64,000 nt of DNA, from positions 72,617 through 136,616 of the forward strand of contig JAMCQP010000034.1 of the NCBI GenBank assembly GCA_023381695.1. The letters run 5' to 3'. The stretch comes from Bacillota bacterium (lineage in GTDB: Bacteria > Bacillota > UBA5301 > JAMCQP01). The position numbers and the translations under genes were made by a program. Position 1 is the stretch's first letter; every line of letters begins with the position of its first letter. Positions 44,965 through 54,456 of the stretch are shown piece by piece. The notes beneath the pieces were generated by a model, which was given only the letters and a program-made list of their open reading frames with translations, ran no database searches and was not told the DNA's origin.

Positions 44965-46821
44965 ATGGGAATTCACAGGATAAGCCAGGGACAACGGGGG
45001 GCGCGGGTTGTGGGCAGGAGGTCTTCAACAGCATTAATCGCAGGTTTAATCGGATTCAGTCTGTTCTTTGGGGCGACGGGCAGCGCGGTGGCGGGGATCT
45101 CCGCCACCAAACACAATCTTTCCGTAACGGGGCCTGGAACGGTGAAAGCGACCTCGGAAACGCAAATTTGCGTTTTTTGCCATACGCCGCATAACGCCTC
45201 GCCGGCCACGCCGCTATGGAACCATGCTCAGTCGGCGCAGACCTACACCCTGTACAACAGCACGACCATGGCGTCCACGGTGGGCCAGCCGGATGGAGTT
45301 TCGAAGCTATGCTTAAGCTGCCATGACGGCACGGTGGCCGTCGGCGCCGTTTCCACCGGCATGATCGGCATGGCCGGGGTGGATGCGCAGGGCAGGCTCC
45401 TGGCCGGCAGCCCGGCCAATTTCACCATAAACCTCGCCAACGACCATCCTATTTCATTTACGCCCGGGGTGAACCCGGAGCTTTCGACGCCGTCTTCCAC
45501 CGACGCCGTACAGTACAAGAGCGGCAAGCTCCAGTGCACTTCTTGCCACAACCCGCATGACAATACGAACGGTTACTTTCTGGTAAAACCCAACAGCGAC
45601 GGTACATACGGCTCCCAGATCTGCCTGAGTTGCCATGAGAGAAAGGTTGGCTGGCCCACCGGCATTCACCGGAACACCACCGACGCCACCAAATTGTATA
45701 ACGGCAAGACGGTGGCGCAGAACGCCTGCGCCTCATGCCACAAAGTTCACGGGGCGCCGCAGGCCGTTCGTCTGCTCAGGGGAGACGACGCCACCGGCGC
45801 TTTTACGGAAGAAGCGGTCTGCTACAACTGTCATGACGGTGCTCCCGCCTCCGACAAGAAGACGGAGTTTGCCAGGGCATACGCTCATCCGGTGGCGAGC
45901 ACGACCGGGGTGCACGACGCGGTGGAGAGCTACAAGTTCGGCGATCCGAAGAAGACCGCGCGGCATGTGGAGTGCGCCGACTGCCACGACCCCCATGCGG
46001 CGTCCAACGCCTTGCCTCCGCTGGCATCCGGCGCTCCCGGCGGGGGGCTGGAGAATGTAAACGGCGTGGGGGTGAATTACACCGGCGCGCCGGCCTGGGG
46101 CTCCCCGGCCTTTGTGCAGAAATCCCAGGTGACCAGGGAGTTTGAGCTCTGCTTCAAGTGCCATTCGTCGTACAACTACGGTTCCACGCCGCCCGCCTCC
46201 CCTTCCCTGGGCCAGGCGCAGACGGACCCGGCGGTGGAATTCAACCCGGCCAACGCCTCATACCATAATGTTGGCGTGCCGGGCGCCACGACCAGGGCCA
46301 GCGGAAAAGGCACATATCTTCTTGGCATGAATTCGAGCACCATTTTGCTCTGCTCAAGTTGCCACGGTTCCAATACCACGGTGGTCGCCAACTCGGCGGC
46401 GCCCACGGCGGTGCACGGTTCGGCCAATGCGTTCATTCTCAAGGCGCCGTTTTCAACGGCCACCGGGAGGTCAACCTCCACCGATAACGACCTCTGTTTC
46501 AAGTGCCATGACCGGTACACCTACGGGGGATCAAGCAATAGGACTACGAATTCGGGGTTCAGCAACTCCGGGGAAGGGAACCTGCACAACCTTGGCGGCA
46601 TGGTGGGATCAAAGCACCGGGTGGCCTGTGTGAGCTGTCATTCCGCGATTCCGCATGGTTACCAACGGGCGCGGCTTCTGGTTAAACACGATGAGCCGGC
46701 GCCTTATAATGGCGGCTCAAAGCTGGTGCTCTATATTTCAGATTCGCAAGCGGCAACCAGGTCGGGCAATTGGCGACAGAGCGATGCAGCCTGCTGGATA
46801 AACGGCCGGGCCGATCACTGA
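44965..46821 (+). CDS. Multihaem c-type cytochrome, 11 CXXCH motifs (doubled-CXXCH type)
   Basis: I count CVFCH, CLSCH, CTSCH, CLSCH, CASCH, CYNCH, CADCH, CFKCH, CSSCH, CFKCH and CVSCH. The N-terminus is basic then hydrophobic, as in a signal/anchor (RRSSTALIAGLIGFSLFFGATGSAVA). Confidence 0.9.
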   Translation: MGIHRISQGQRGARVVGRRSSTALIAGLIGFSLFFGATGSAVAGISATKHNLSVTGPGTVKATSETQICVFCHTPHNASPATPLWNHAQSAQTYTLYNSTTMASTVGQPDGVSKLCLSCHDGTVAVGAVSTGMIGMAGVDAQGRLLAGSPANFTINLANDHPISFTPGVNPELSTPSSTDAVQYKSGKLQCTSCHNPHDNTNGYFLVKPNSDGTYGSQICLSCHERKVGWPTGIHRNTTDATKLYNGKTVAQNACASCHKVHGAPQAVRLLRGDDATGAFTEEAVCYNCHDGAPASDKKTEFARAYAHPVASTTGVHDAVESYKFGDPKKTARHVECADCHDPHAASNALPPLASGAPGGGLENVNGVGVNYTGAPAWGSPAFVQKSQVTREFELCFKCHSSYNYGSTPPASPSLGQAQTDPAVEFNPANASYHNVGVPGATTRASGKGTYLLGMNSSTILLCSSCHGSNTTVVANSAAPTAVHGSANAFILKAPFSTATGRSTSTDNDLCFKCHDRYTYGGSSNRTTNSGFSNSGEGNLHNLGGMVGSKHRVACVSCHSAIPHGYQRARLLVKHDEPAPYNGGSKLVLYISDSQAATRSGNWRQSDAACWINGRADH

Positions 46822-46859
46822 AAGGATCCGATGGCCGCATTGGCCACCGAAAGGGTAGG

Positions 46860-48290
46860 ATGTTTAGTTTTTTGAAATCCGTCAAACTGGCCATAGTGCT
46901 TATCGCCCTTTTGACGGCCCTGATCGTGGCCGGGATGGTGATTCCCCAGGCCAACCTGAAACCGGCGCTTTATGCCCAGTGGTGGGCAAGCCACCCCGGA
47001 GTGGCCGTGGTTGTCCAACGGCTGGGCCTGGACCATACCTTTACTTCCTGGTGGTTTCTGGCGGTGGTGGGGCTGTTCTTTGTGAACACCCTGGCCTGCA
47101 CCGTGGATCAGGCGGTTAATGCCTGGCGGCTGGCGTGGTCCAGCCGGTCCGGCGGGCTGCAACCGGCAGGTGCGGGAACTTCCGCCGGTTATCCGGAGGA
47201 AATTGCAACTTCGGTGCTGCATGGCCGCCGCTATGTGGTGCGTGGTTGGGATTACCCGGCAGAGGGAACCTGGGTGTTTCTTGCCGAGAAGAACAGGGCC
47301 GGGTATTGGGGTTCGGTGATCTTTCATGCGGGGCTGCTTCTGATCATCCTGGGCGTGGTTTACGGCAGCCTGGGCAGGTTTGAGGGGGTCATGCTGCTCA
47401 CCGAGGGTGAGCGCCGCGTGGAGGGGCACGGGGAGTATATTCATCTGGAGGAGGGGCCGGCCTTTGCGGAAGCGCATCCGGGGTTTGAAGTGGGCCTCGA
47501 GCGGGTCAGACACTTTCCCCCGACCCAAAAGACTCCGGCCGGGATGACCAGCGGTCTGACCCTGGACGGAAAACCTTTTCAGCTTGGCCAGCAGGCACCG
47601 CTGGTTTACCGGGGATTCAGGATCTACCAGGACCGTTTTGGCGATGCGGTTTCTCTTGAAAGTGATCCAGGACGGGGTGCGCCGCTTCAGTTTACGGCGG
47701 GGCTTCTCGATCAAATTACGACCGATGGTAGTAAAGTCTCCAGGGGGAGCCTGGTTATTCCGGGCACGGCTGTCCGGGCGCGCCTGACCCTATATGCTGA
47801 TGCCGCCTTGAAAGATGGAAAGCTTTTTGCCAGCTCTCTGGTGCTGAAGCGTCCCTTGCTGAGGGTGATCCTTGAAGGCAGCACCGGGGCCAGGCTCTTT
47901 CAGGGCGATGTGAAAGCCGGGCAGGGAATTCACGCCGCGGGATTGAAATTAACCTTTACGGGCGCGAGCTACTGGCTGGCGCTCCGGATCAGGCGGGATC
48001 CCGGGCAGGACATGATCTTTGCCGGATTCGGCGTGGTATTGCTCGGGTTGATTCTTCTCTACTTCCTGATCCCCAGGAAGATATGGGTGGAGATAAAGCC
48101 GGGCTCCGGCCCTGATTGCCGGGATGGGTGGCAGGTGAGTGTTCGGGGGAGTGCACCCCGCCATTCCGACCTTCTGGAAGCTGAGCTGGAAGAGATTCGC
48201 CGTAAACTGGCGGAGACGCCGGGTGTTTATAGCGCAGACGTCGCAAAGGGAGAGTTGCGCTTTGCCGCCAGAGGAGGTCATTGGACTTGA
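46860..48290 (+). CDS. resB: Cytochrome c biogenesis protein ResB/CcsB (System II)
   Basis: MFSFLKSVKLAIVLIALLTALIVAGMVIPQ is a ResB-type N-terminus. The protein has a large extracytoplasmic loop and a C-terminal TM. The ATG at 46860 is preferred to the ORF-track start at 46770. Confidence 0.85.
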   Translation: MFSFLKSVKLAIVLIALLTALIVAGMVIPQANLKPALYAQWWASHPGVAVVVQRLGLDHTFTSWWFLAVVGLFFVNTLACTVDQAVNAWRLAWSSRSGGLQPAGAGTSAGYPEEIATSVLHGRRYVVRGWDYPAEGTWVFLAEKNRAGYWGSVIFHAGLLLIILGVVYGSLGRFEGVMLLTEGERRVEGHGEYIHLEEGPAFAEAHPGFEVGLERVRHFPPTQKTPAGMTSGLTLDGKPFQLGQQAPLVYRGFRIYQDRFGDAVSLESDPGRGAPLQFTAGLLDQITTDGSKVSRGSLVIPGTAVRARLTLYADAALKDGKLFASSLVLKRPLLRVILEGSTGARLFQGDVKAGQGIHAAGLKLTFTGASYWLALRIRRDPGQDMIFAGFGVVLLGLILLYFLIPRKIWVEIKPGSGPDCRDGWQVSVRGSAPRHSDLLEAELEEIRRKLAETPGVYSADVAKGELRFAARGGHWT

Positions 48291-49204
48291 AGCTGCAGAT
48301 CATTTTGCTCTGGGCCGCGGTGGGGATCTACGTGGCAAGCTCATTTCTGTATATCGCCGGGCTCGTCTTCAAGAGACCGAAATTCGTGAAAAGCGCCGGT
48401 CTGGCGGTCTGGCTTGGCCTGGTGCCGCACAGCGTCTCCATCGTTCTTCGCTGGATCCAGGCGGGTCATGGACCATATGTGGACTTTTACGAGGTGGCCG
48501 GTTCCGATACCTGGATGGCGCTGGTGCTCTTTCTGATCGCGCGCTACAAATTTCCGAAGCTGGATCCCGTCGGGGCCGTAATCCTGCCTGTTTCATTCCT
48601 CTTTCTAGGGCTTGGCGTCATGAACTCCCCGGAGATCACCCAGGTGCCGGATTCGGTCCGCACCTTCTGGCTGGTGGTCCATATCACGTTTGCCAAGCTA
48701 GCTTATGGCTCTTTTCTGATCGGGACAAGCCTGGCGGCGTTCCAACTGCTGAAGGAACGGGGACTGGCGAAACAGGAGGCGGCGCCGGGGGTAGCGGCAT
48801 CGACAATTCCGGTGGAAGGAATGGCGGGAACCGCGGTGGGAAAACGCGGCGGGTTCCTCGACAGCCTGCCGGAGCCGGAGGGGTTGGACCAGAGCAGCTA
48901 CCGCTTCCTGGCGGTGGGGTTCTTCTTCCTGAGCATCATGATCCTGGCGGGGTCCATCTGGGCCAACAACATCTGGGGAAGCTACTGGAACTGGGACCCC
49001 ATGGAGACCTGGTCGCTCATCTCCTGGCTGATTTACGGGGCTTACCTGCACCTGCGAAGCACCTTCGGATGGCGGGGAAGAAGGGCGTCCTGGTTTGCGA
49101 TCTTCGCCATGGCGGTCCTCTTGTTCGCTCTTTTCGGGGTGGAGTATGTGTACAGGACCGGGCACGTTCTGTATCTCAACCGGCCGTTCCCGTGGGACAA
49201 GTAG
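48281..49204 (+). CDS. ccsA: Cytochrome c biogenesis protein CcsA/ResC (System II haem lyase subunit)
   Basis: Trp-rich haem-handling motif WGSYWNWDPMETW plus conserved His-containing helices. The TTG start overlaps the resB stop by 10 nt. Confidence 0.9.
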   Translation: MDLKLQIILLWAAVGIYVASSFLYIAGLVFKRPKFVKSAGLAVWLGLVPHSVSIVLRWIQAGHGPYVDFYEVAGSDTWMALVLFLIARYKFPKLDPVGAVILPVSFLFLGLGVMNSPEITQVPDSVRTFWLVVHITFAKLAYGSFLIGTSLAAFQLLKERGLAKQEAAPGVAASTIPVEGMAGTAVGKRGGFLDSLPEPEGLDQSSYRFLAVGFFFLSIMILAGSIWANNIWGSYWNWDPMETWSLISWLIYGAYLHLRSTFGWRGRRASWFAIFAMAVLLFALFGVEYVYRTGHVLYLNRPFPWDK

Positions 49205-49237
49205 AGCAGTCATGGCCGTTAGGATGGAGGTACGCAC

Positions 49238-50731
49238 TTGAAGAAGGTTTTGCTGCTCACCCCTCCCTATCACGCGGGGGTGGTGGAAGCCGCCGGCCGG
49301 TGGCCGAACATCGCTTTGGTGTACATCGCCGGGCATCTCCGGCGAGCAGGCCATCTTCCGGTAATCTACGACGCCATGACCAAGGGCGATGACCTCGAGG
49401 AGATTCGCCGCCGGATCGCGGCGGAAAAGCCGGACTGCGTGGCGACCACCGCTTATACCGCGTCCATCAATGCGGCACTGGACGTGCTCAAGGCGGCCAA
49501 GGAGATCGACCCTCGCATCGTCACGGTGATCGGGGGGGTCCACGCCAATTTTTGCCATGAGGAGCTTTTGAAGGCCAACCCATGCCTGGATTTCGTGGTG
49601 CGCGGGGAGGGCGAGGAGACCTTTCCGGAGCTTCTGGCGGCACTTGAAGCCGGGGGCGACCTGCCGAGAGTGCGGGGCATCGCCTTTCGCCGGGGCCTTT
49701 TGAGCGGCTCTGGCAAAAATACACCCGAAGAAAGCGGTCCTCCTGCCGTCGTCGCTACTCCCCCCCGCCCGTTCATCCACGACCTGGACAGCCTGGTCCC
49801 CGCCTGGGATCTGGTGGAGTGGGACGACTACACCATGTTCGTCATCCCCGGCTCCAGGCTGGCGGTGGTAAATTCCACCCGGGGGTGCAACCACGATTGC
49901 AGTTTTTGCTCCCAGCAGAAGTTCTGGGAGCGGACCTACCGGGAACGCAGCCCGGAAAATTTCGTCGCGGAATTGATCCACCTCAACCGGACCTACGGCG
50001 TGGACGTGGCCATGCTCTCGGACGAATACCCCACCCGCAACCGGCGGCGCTGGGAAAAGATCCTGGATCTGATCATCACCAGCGGCCTGAAGGTGTATCT
50101 GCTCCTGGAGACGCGGGTGGAGGACATCCTGCGCGATGAGGCGATCTTGCCGAAGTACAGGCAGGCGGGAGTGTTGCACATCTATGTGGGGGTGGAGGCC
50201 ACCGACCAGGAGACCCTGGACCGCTTTAACAAACGGATCAAGTGCGAGGAATCCGCCCGGGCCATCCAGCTCATTAACGCCCATGGGATGATCTCGGAGT
50301 GCTCCTTTGTCCTTGGCCTGCCGGAAGAGACGCAGGAGTCGGTCCAGCGAACTTTGGCCCTGGCCAAGCGCTACGATCCCGACTTCGCCCATTTTCTGCA
50401 TATCGCGCCGTGGCCTTACGCCGACATGTATGGCGAACTGAAAGATTACGTCATAACCGGGGATTATTCCAAATACAACTTTGTGGAGCCGGTGGTCAAG
50501 CCTGCCGGGATGAGCGTGGAGGAGATCGGCCAGGCCCTGATCGACTGCTACCGCGAGTTTTACATGGACAAGGTCCGGCACTTCCACCGGATACTGGATC
50601 CTTTCAAGCGCGAGTACCTCTTGCTCTCCATGCAGGTGATGATGCGCAACTCCTTCCTCAAAAAACACCTGGGCGGGATGGGCAAGATTCCGGAAGAGGT
50701 CCGGCGGTATCTGAACGAGCCCGCCGTATAA
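49238..50731 (+). CDS. Cobalamin-binding-domain (class B) radical SAM enzyme
   Basis: N-terminal B12-binding-like Rossmann region (KVLLLTPP..IALVYIAGHLRRAGH..VVRGEGE) and the radical SAM motif CNHDCSFC. TTG lies 7 nt after GGATGGAGG. Confidence 0.85.
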   Translation: MKKVLLLTPPYHAGVVEAAGRWPNIALVYIAGHLRRAGHLPVIYDAMTKGDDLEEIRRRIAAEKPDCVATTAYTASINAALDVLKAAKEIDPRIVTVIGGVHANFCHEELLKANPCLDFVVRGEGEETFPELLAALEAGGDLPRVRGIAFRRGLLSGSGKNTPEESGPPAVVATPPRPFIHDLDSLVPAWDLVEWDDYTMFVIPGSRLAVVNSTRGCNHDCSFCSQQKFWERTYRERSPENFVAELIHLNRTYGVDVAMLSDEYPTRNRRRWEKILDLIITSGLKVYLLLETRVEDILRDEAILPKYRQAGVLHIYVGVEATDQETLDRFNKRIKCEESARAIQLINAHGMISECSFVLGLPEETQESVQRTLALAKRYDPDFAHFLHIAPWPYADMYGELKDYVITGDYSKYNFVEPVVKPAGMSVEEIGQALIDCYREFYMDKVRHFHRILDPFKREYLLLSMQVMMRNSFLKKHLGGMGKIPEEVRRYLNEPAV

Positions 50732-50748
50732 ATAGATCGTCACCGGCA

Positions 50749-50783
50749 AATCCTTCTTGTTTGGAAGGATTTATCTTTTTTTC
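50749..50783 (+). terminator. Rho-independent terminator closing the cytochrome operon
   Basis: Stem aaatccttc / gaaggattt, loop ttgtttg, followed by a T7 run at 50777-50783. Confidence 0.8.
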
Positions 50784-50860
50784 GTGGAAAACTAGTTTCT
50801 GTTTGCAGTAACCAGGGTTGAGAGGATTCAGGAAATGTTAGCCTGTCGAGGAGGATACCG

Positions 50861-52279
50861 ATGCTGAGCAAGGAAGAGGTCGGCCAGTTATTAAGCAGGG
50901 AATCGGTCCAGAAGGCGTTATATACCGCGTTGCGGAACGGCGGTAACTTCGCCGAGGTTTTCGTGGAGAAGAAACTCTCCAACAGCATCTCCCTGGAAGA
51001 AGGGCGGATTGAGCGGGTCAAAACGGGATTTGACCTGGGGGCCGGGATCCGGGTGGTCAACGGCGAAGGTGTCTCCTACGTCTTCACGGATGACCTGGCG
51101 GAGGAGGCACTGTTGGAAGCGGCGCGACTGGCGGGGAGCGCGGCCAGGAACGCCACCCACCGCACCGCCGTGCTGGACCTCCGGCCACACCGCAACCCTT
51201 CGCCGCACCGGATCTCGATCCGGCCGGAGACGGTGGCCAAGGCCGGGAAGGTGGAACTGGTCATGCGCGCGGATCGGGCGGCGCGGGCGGTGGATCCCCA
51301 GATCAAACAGGTGATGGTGGGCTACGCCGATTCGGTGCAGAAGGTGATCATCGCCAATTCCGAGGGGTTATGGGCGGAAGACGAGCGGGTGCACACCCGG
51401 ATGGCGGTGACCGCCGTGGCCGCCCGGGGGGAGGTGATTCAGACCGGGTATGAGGCGCCGGGCAAACACATGGGCCTGGAGCTCTTCGACCATTTTCCGC
51501 CGGAGGAGATCGGCCGGACAGCCGGCAGGCGGGCTGTTACCATGCTCAATGCCCGTCCGGCGCCGTCCGGCAAGATGGCGGTGGTGATCAGCAACGGCTT
51601 CGGCGGGGCGATGTTTCACGAGGCCAGCGGCCACGGGCTGGAGGCCGATTTTATCCAGAAGGGGTCGTCGGTCTTCGCCGGGCGCATCGGGGAGCAGGTG
51701 GCCAGCCCGCTGGTCACGGCCATTGACGACGGAACGCTGGTCAATGAATGGGGTTCCTTCGTGGTGGATGACGAGGGGGCGCCGGCGCAGAGGACGGTGC
51801 TCATCGAAAATGGTGTTCTCAAGAGCTATATGTACGACCGCAAGGCGGCGGTGAAGGACAAGCGCCCTTCCACCGGCAACGGGCGGCGGGAGTCTTACCA
51901 GGATCTCCCCCTGCCGCGCATGACCAACACCTTTATCGCACCAGGGGAGTCCACGCCCGAGGAGATCATCGCCGCGACCCCGGACGGGCTTTTTGCGAAG
52001 GTGTTGAGCGGCGGCGAGGTCAACCCGGCGACCGGAGATTTTGTCTTTGTGGTCTCCGAGGGGTACCTGATCAAGGACGGCAAGATCACGGAGCCGGTGC
52101 GCGGCGCCACGCTGATCGGCAACGGGCCGGAGTCGCTGCAGAAGATCGATATGGTGGGGAACGATCTGGTCTTTTCCGCAGGCATGTGCGGCAAAGGCGG
52201 CCAGAGCATCCCGGTGTCCGTGGGCCAGCCGACGCTGCGGATGGCCGAACTTACCGTCGGCGGCACCCAGAGAGAGTGA
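50861..52279 (+). CDS. tldD: TldD metalloprotease
   Basis: The HEASGHGLEADF (HExxxH) motif and a C-terminal GxC..GG region typical of TldD. Confidence 0.9.
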   Translation: MLSKEEVGQLLSRESVQKALYTALRNGGNFAEVFVEKKLSNSISLEEGRIERVKTGFDLGAGIRVVNGEGVSYVFTDDLAEEALLEAARLAGSAARNATHRTAVLDLRPHRNPSPHRISIRPETVAKAGKVELVMRADRAARAVDPQIKQVMVGYADSVQKVIIANSEGLWAEDERVHTRMAVTAVAARGEVIQTGYEAPGKHMGLELFDHFPPEEIGRTAGRRAVTMLNARPAPSGKMAVVISNGFGGAMFHEASGHGLEADFIQKGSSVFAGRIGEQVASPLVTAIDDGTLVNEWGSFVVDDEGAPAQRTVLIENGVLKSYMYDRKAAVKDKRPSTGNGRRESYQDLPLPRMTNTFIAPGESTPEEIIAATPDGLFAKVLSGGEVNPATGDFVFVVSEGYLIKDGKITEPVRGATLIGNGPESLQKIDMVGNDLVFSAGMCGKGGQSIPVSVGQPTLRMAELTVGGTQRE

Positions 52280-52297
52280 AATGGAGGAGAGACGTCG

Positions 52298-53650
52298 ATG
52301 AGCGCCAGGCTTGATTTGAAGGCGATGCTGGATGCTGCGCAGGAGGCCGGGGCCGAGGAGGCCGAGGTCTTCTTTCAGGACTCGGAAAACACCACCATCA
52401 AGGTTTACCACGGCCAGGTGGATTCCCTGGTCACGGCGAAGGCCAAGGGGGTGGGAATCCGCACCTTTCGCAACCACCAGGTGGGCTATGCCTATACTTC
52501 CGATTTCAGCCGGGAGTCGATCCGGGCGGTGATCCAGGCCTCCGTGGAGAACGCCGGGGTGGGGACGCCGGACGAATTTCAGGGCCTGCCGGTCACCATG
52601 GGCAATTACCCGCATCCTCCCCTTTTTAACGAAACCCTGGCGGAGACGCCGGTTGAGGAGAAGATCGAACTGGCTTTGCGCATGGAAAAGGTGGCTCTGG
52701 AGTATAGCGACAAGGTTCGTTCGGTGGATGAGGTGGAGTACGCGGACCAGATCGGCAATGTTACCCTGATGAACTCCCGTGGGCTGGAGGGGTCTTACAA
52801 ACGCGGCACCTGCTACGCGAGTGTGTTTGTACTGGCCCAGGAGGGGGATGACGTCCAGACCGGCTATTCCTTCACCTATGGGCGGAGCCTTCAGGAGCTC
52901 AAGCCGGTGGATGCCGCGCGGGACGCGGCGGCCAACGCGGTAACCTTGCTCGGGGCGCGCCAGGCCAGGGGCCAGGAGGCCCCGGTGGTCTTCCGGCCCG
53001 AGGTGGGCGCGATGCTGATGGCCATCTTCGCCGAGGCGCTCACCGCGGATGCGGTTCAGAAGGGACGGTCGCTCTTTGCCGGCAAGCTGGGCCAGATGGT
53101 GGCCTCGGATCAAGTCTCGATCATCGACGACGGGCTGATGCCCGACGGGCTGGCCACGGCGCCCTTCGATGGGGAAGGAGTGCCTTCCCGGCGGACGGAG
53201 TTGATTGAGAATGGGAAGCTCCTGTCCTTCATGTACGACAGTTACACGGCCCGCAAGGGCAAAGCCAAGTCCACCGGCAACGCCTCGCGTTCCTCGTACC
53301 GTTCCACGCCGGTCCCGGCTCCCAACAACTTCTTCATGGTGCCGGGCGGCGTCAAGGTGGAGGAGCTCATCGGCGGGGTGAAGTCCGGCTTTTATGTGAT
53401 GGAGGTCTCCGGCCTGGGCTCCGGCGGGGCCAACCCCATCTCCGGGGACTTCTCCGTGGGGGCGACCGGGCGCTGGATCCGGGACGGCCGGTTCGCCGAG
53501 CCGGTGCGCGAGGTGACCATCGCGGGCAACCTGCTCAACATGCTGGGCGATGTGGACGCGGTCGCCGACGACCTGAAATTTGTGCCCATGATGGGAGCCT
53601 TTGGCTCGCCCACCTTCCGGGTGAGGAAGATGGCCATCAGCGGGGCGTGA
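52298..53650 (+). CDS. pmbA: PmbA/TldE partner of TldD
   Basis: TldD/PmbA fold without the HExxxH motif. It has C-terminal SGDFSVGATG and GSPTFRV. It sits 18 nt after tldD. Confidence 0.85.
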   Translation: MSARLDLKAMLDAAQEAGAEEAEVFFQDSENTTIKVYHGQVDSLVTAKAKGVGIRTFRNHQVGYAYTSDFSRESIRAVIQASVENAGVGTPDEFQGLPVTMGNYPHPPLFNETLAETPVEEKIELALRMEKVALEYSDKVRSVDEVEYADQIGNVTLMNSRGLEGSYKRGTCYASVFVLAQEGDDVQTGYSFTYGRSLQELKPVDAARDAAANAVTLLGARQARGQEAPVVFRPEVGAMLMAIFAEALTADAVQKGRSLFAGKLGQMVASDQVSIIDDGLMPDGLATAPFDGEGVPSRRTELIENGKLLSFMYDSYTARKGKAKSTGNASRSSYRSTPVPAPNNFFMVPGGVKVEELIGGVKSGFYVMEVSGLGSGGANPISGDFSVGATGRWIRDGRFAEPVREVTIAGNLLNMLGDVDAVADDLKFVPMMGAFGSPTFRVRKMAISGA

Positions 53651-53837
53651 TCCTTCAAGCTTGTCCTTTAGCCCGCTCTCAGGCCGAAACAGGCTTATGA
53701 GGGACATGACGGGTTAACTTGAGAAGTAAACATTTGCTGCCGATATCAGAAGTATGACCATCACGGAGGCTGTCCCGGCCGGGCGTACATCGTCTGTACG
53801 TGAGGCCGGGAGGGCCGTGTGAGAGGAGCGGTGGCGG

Positions 53838-54242
53838 ATGTTTAAAAAGCGGGTACTGGCGAGGGAGCCCCACCAGTTGGCGGCGCCGTGCGGTTTGTAT
53901 TGCGGGAATTGCGATCTTTACCGGGCGTGGGCGGACAACAACAAGGCGGCCAAAAAGGCCCTGGCCAGAGAACTTAGCTGTTCGGTGGAGGAGACGTTCT
54001 GCGCCGGGTGCCGGGTGGAGGCCGGGGAGTGTTGGGCTGGCGATTGCCACTTCAAGCAGTGCACCAAAAAGATGGGGATCACCTTCTGCCATGAATGCGG
54101 CCAATTCCCCTGCCAGCACCTGGTGGACTTCTCGGAGGAGGAGTACCACAAACACATCCTGGAGAATCTGATGCGCATCAAGGAGCTCGGCGTTGAACGC
54201 TGGCTGGCCGAGCAGGAGGAAGTATTGCGCAAGGCGAATTAA
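53838..54242 (+). CDS. DUF3795-family cysteine-rich protein
   Basis: CGLYCGNCDLY, CAGCR and FCHECGQFPC are arranged as in DUF3795. Confidence 0.7.
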   Translation: MFKKRVLAREPHQLAAPCGLYCGNCDLYRAWADNNKAAKKALARELSCSVEETFCAGCRVEAGECWAGDCHFKQCTKKMGITFCHECGQFPCQHLVDFSEEEYHKHILENLMRIKELGVERWLAEQEEVLRKAN

Positions 54243-54456
54243 CGGGACGAAATCAACAAGGTAAGTCAGGATGGACGATTCCCTGCGAAAATCAGGCGCG
54301 CGCCGGCGGAACCGGCGCGTGTGCTCCCGGCGCCGGGCCGACGGGCCAGGCGGCCGGGAGTTTTTTTGGGTTGCGAAGGGAAACAGCCTCTGACAGCGAA
54401 GAATCATTTTGGCAAGATAAAATCCCACCAAAGAGTCATGCGGGGAGGCAGTAACG

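Noticed and set aside
48139-49392. 417-aa plus-strand ORF in an alternative frame
   Set aside because: It overlaps resB, ccsA and the radical SAM start out of frame. The Gly/Arg-rich translation lacks the CcsA Trp-rich motif, which is found in the 48281 frame.
48698-50749. 683-aa ORF on the minus strand
   Set aside because: It is antisense to the ccsA and B12-radical-SAM genes, both of which carry clear family motifs. The translation is R/P/G/H-rich and low-complexity with no SD. This is a typical shadow ORF of GC-rich DNA.
51368-53707. 779-aa ORF on the minus strand
   Set aside because: It is antisense to tldD and pmbA (HExxxH and other motifs are on the plus strand). The composition is low-complexity and Arg/Gly/Pro-rich. 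It spans two real genes and their intergenic gap.
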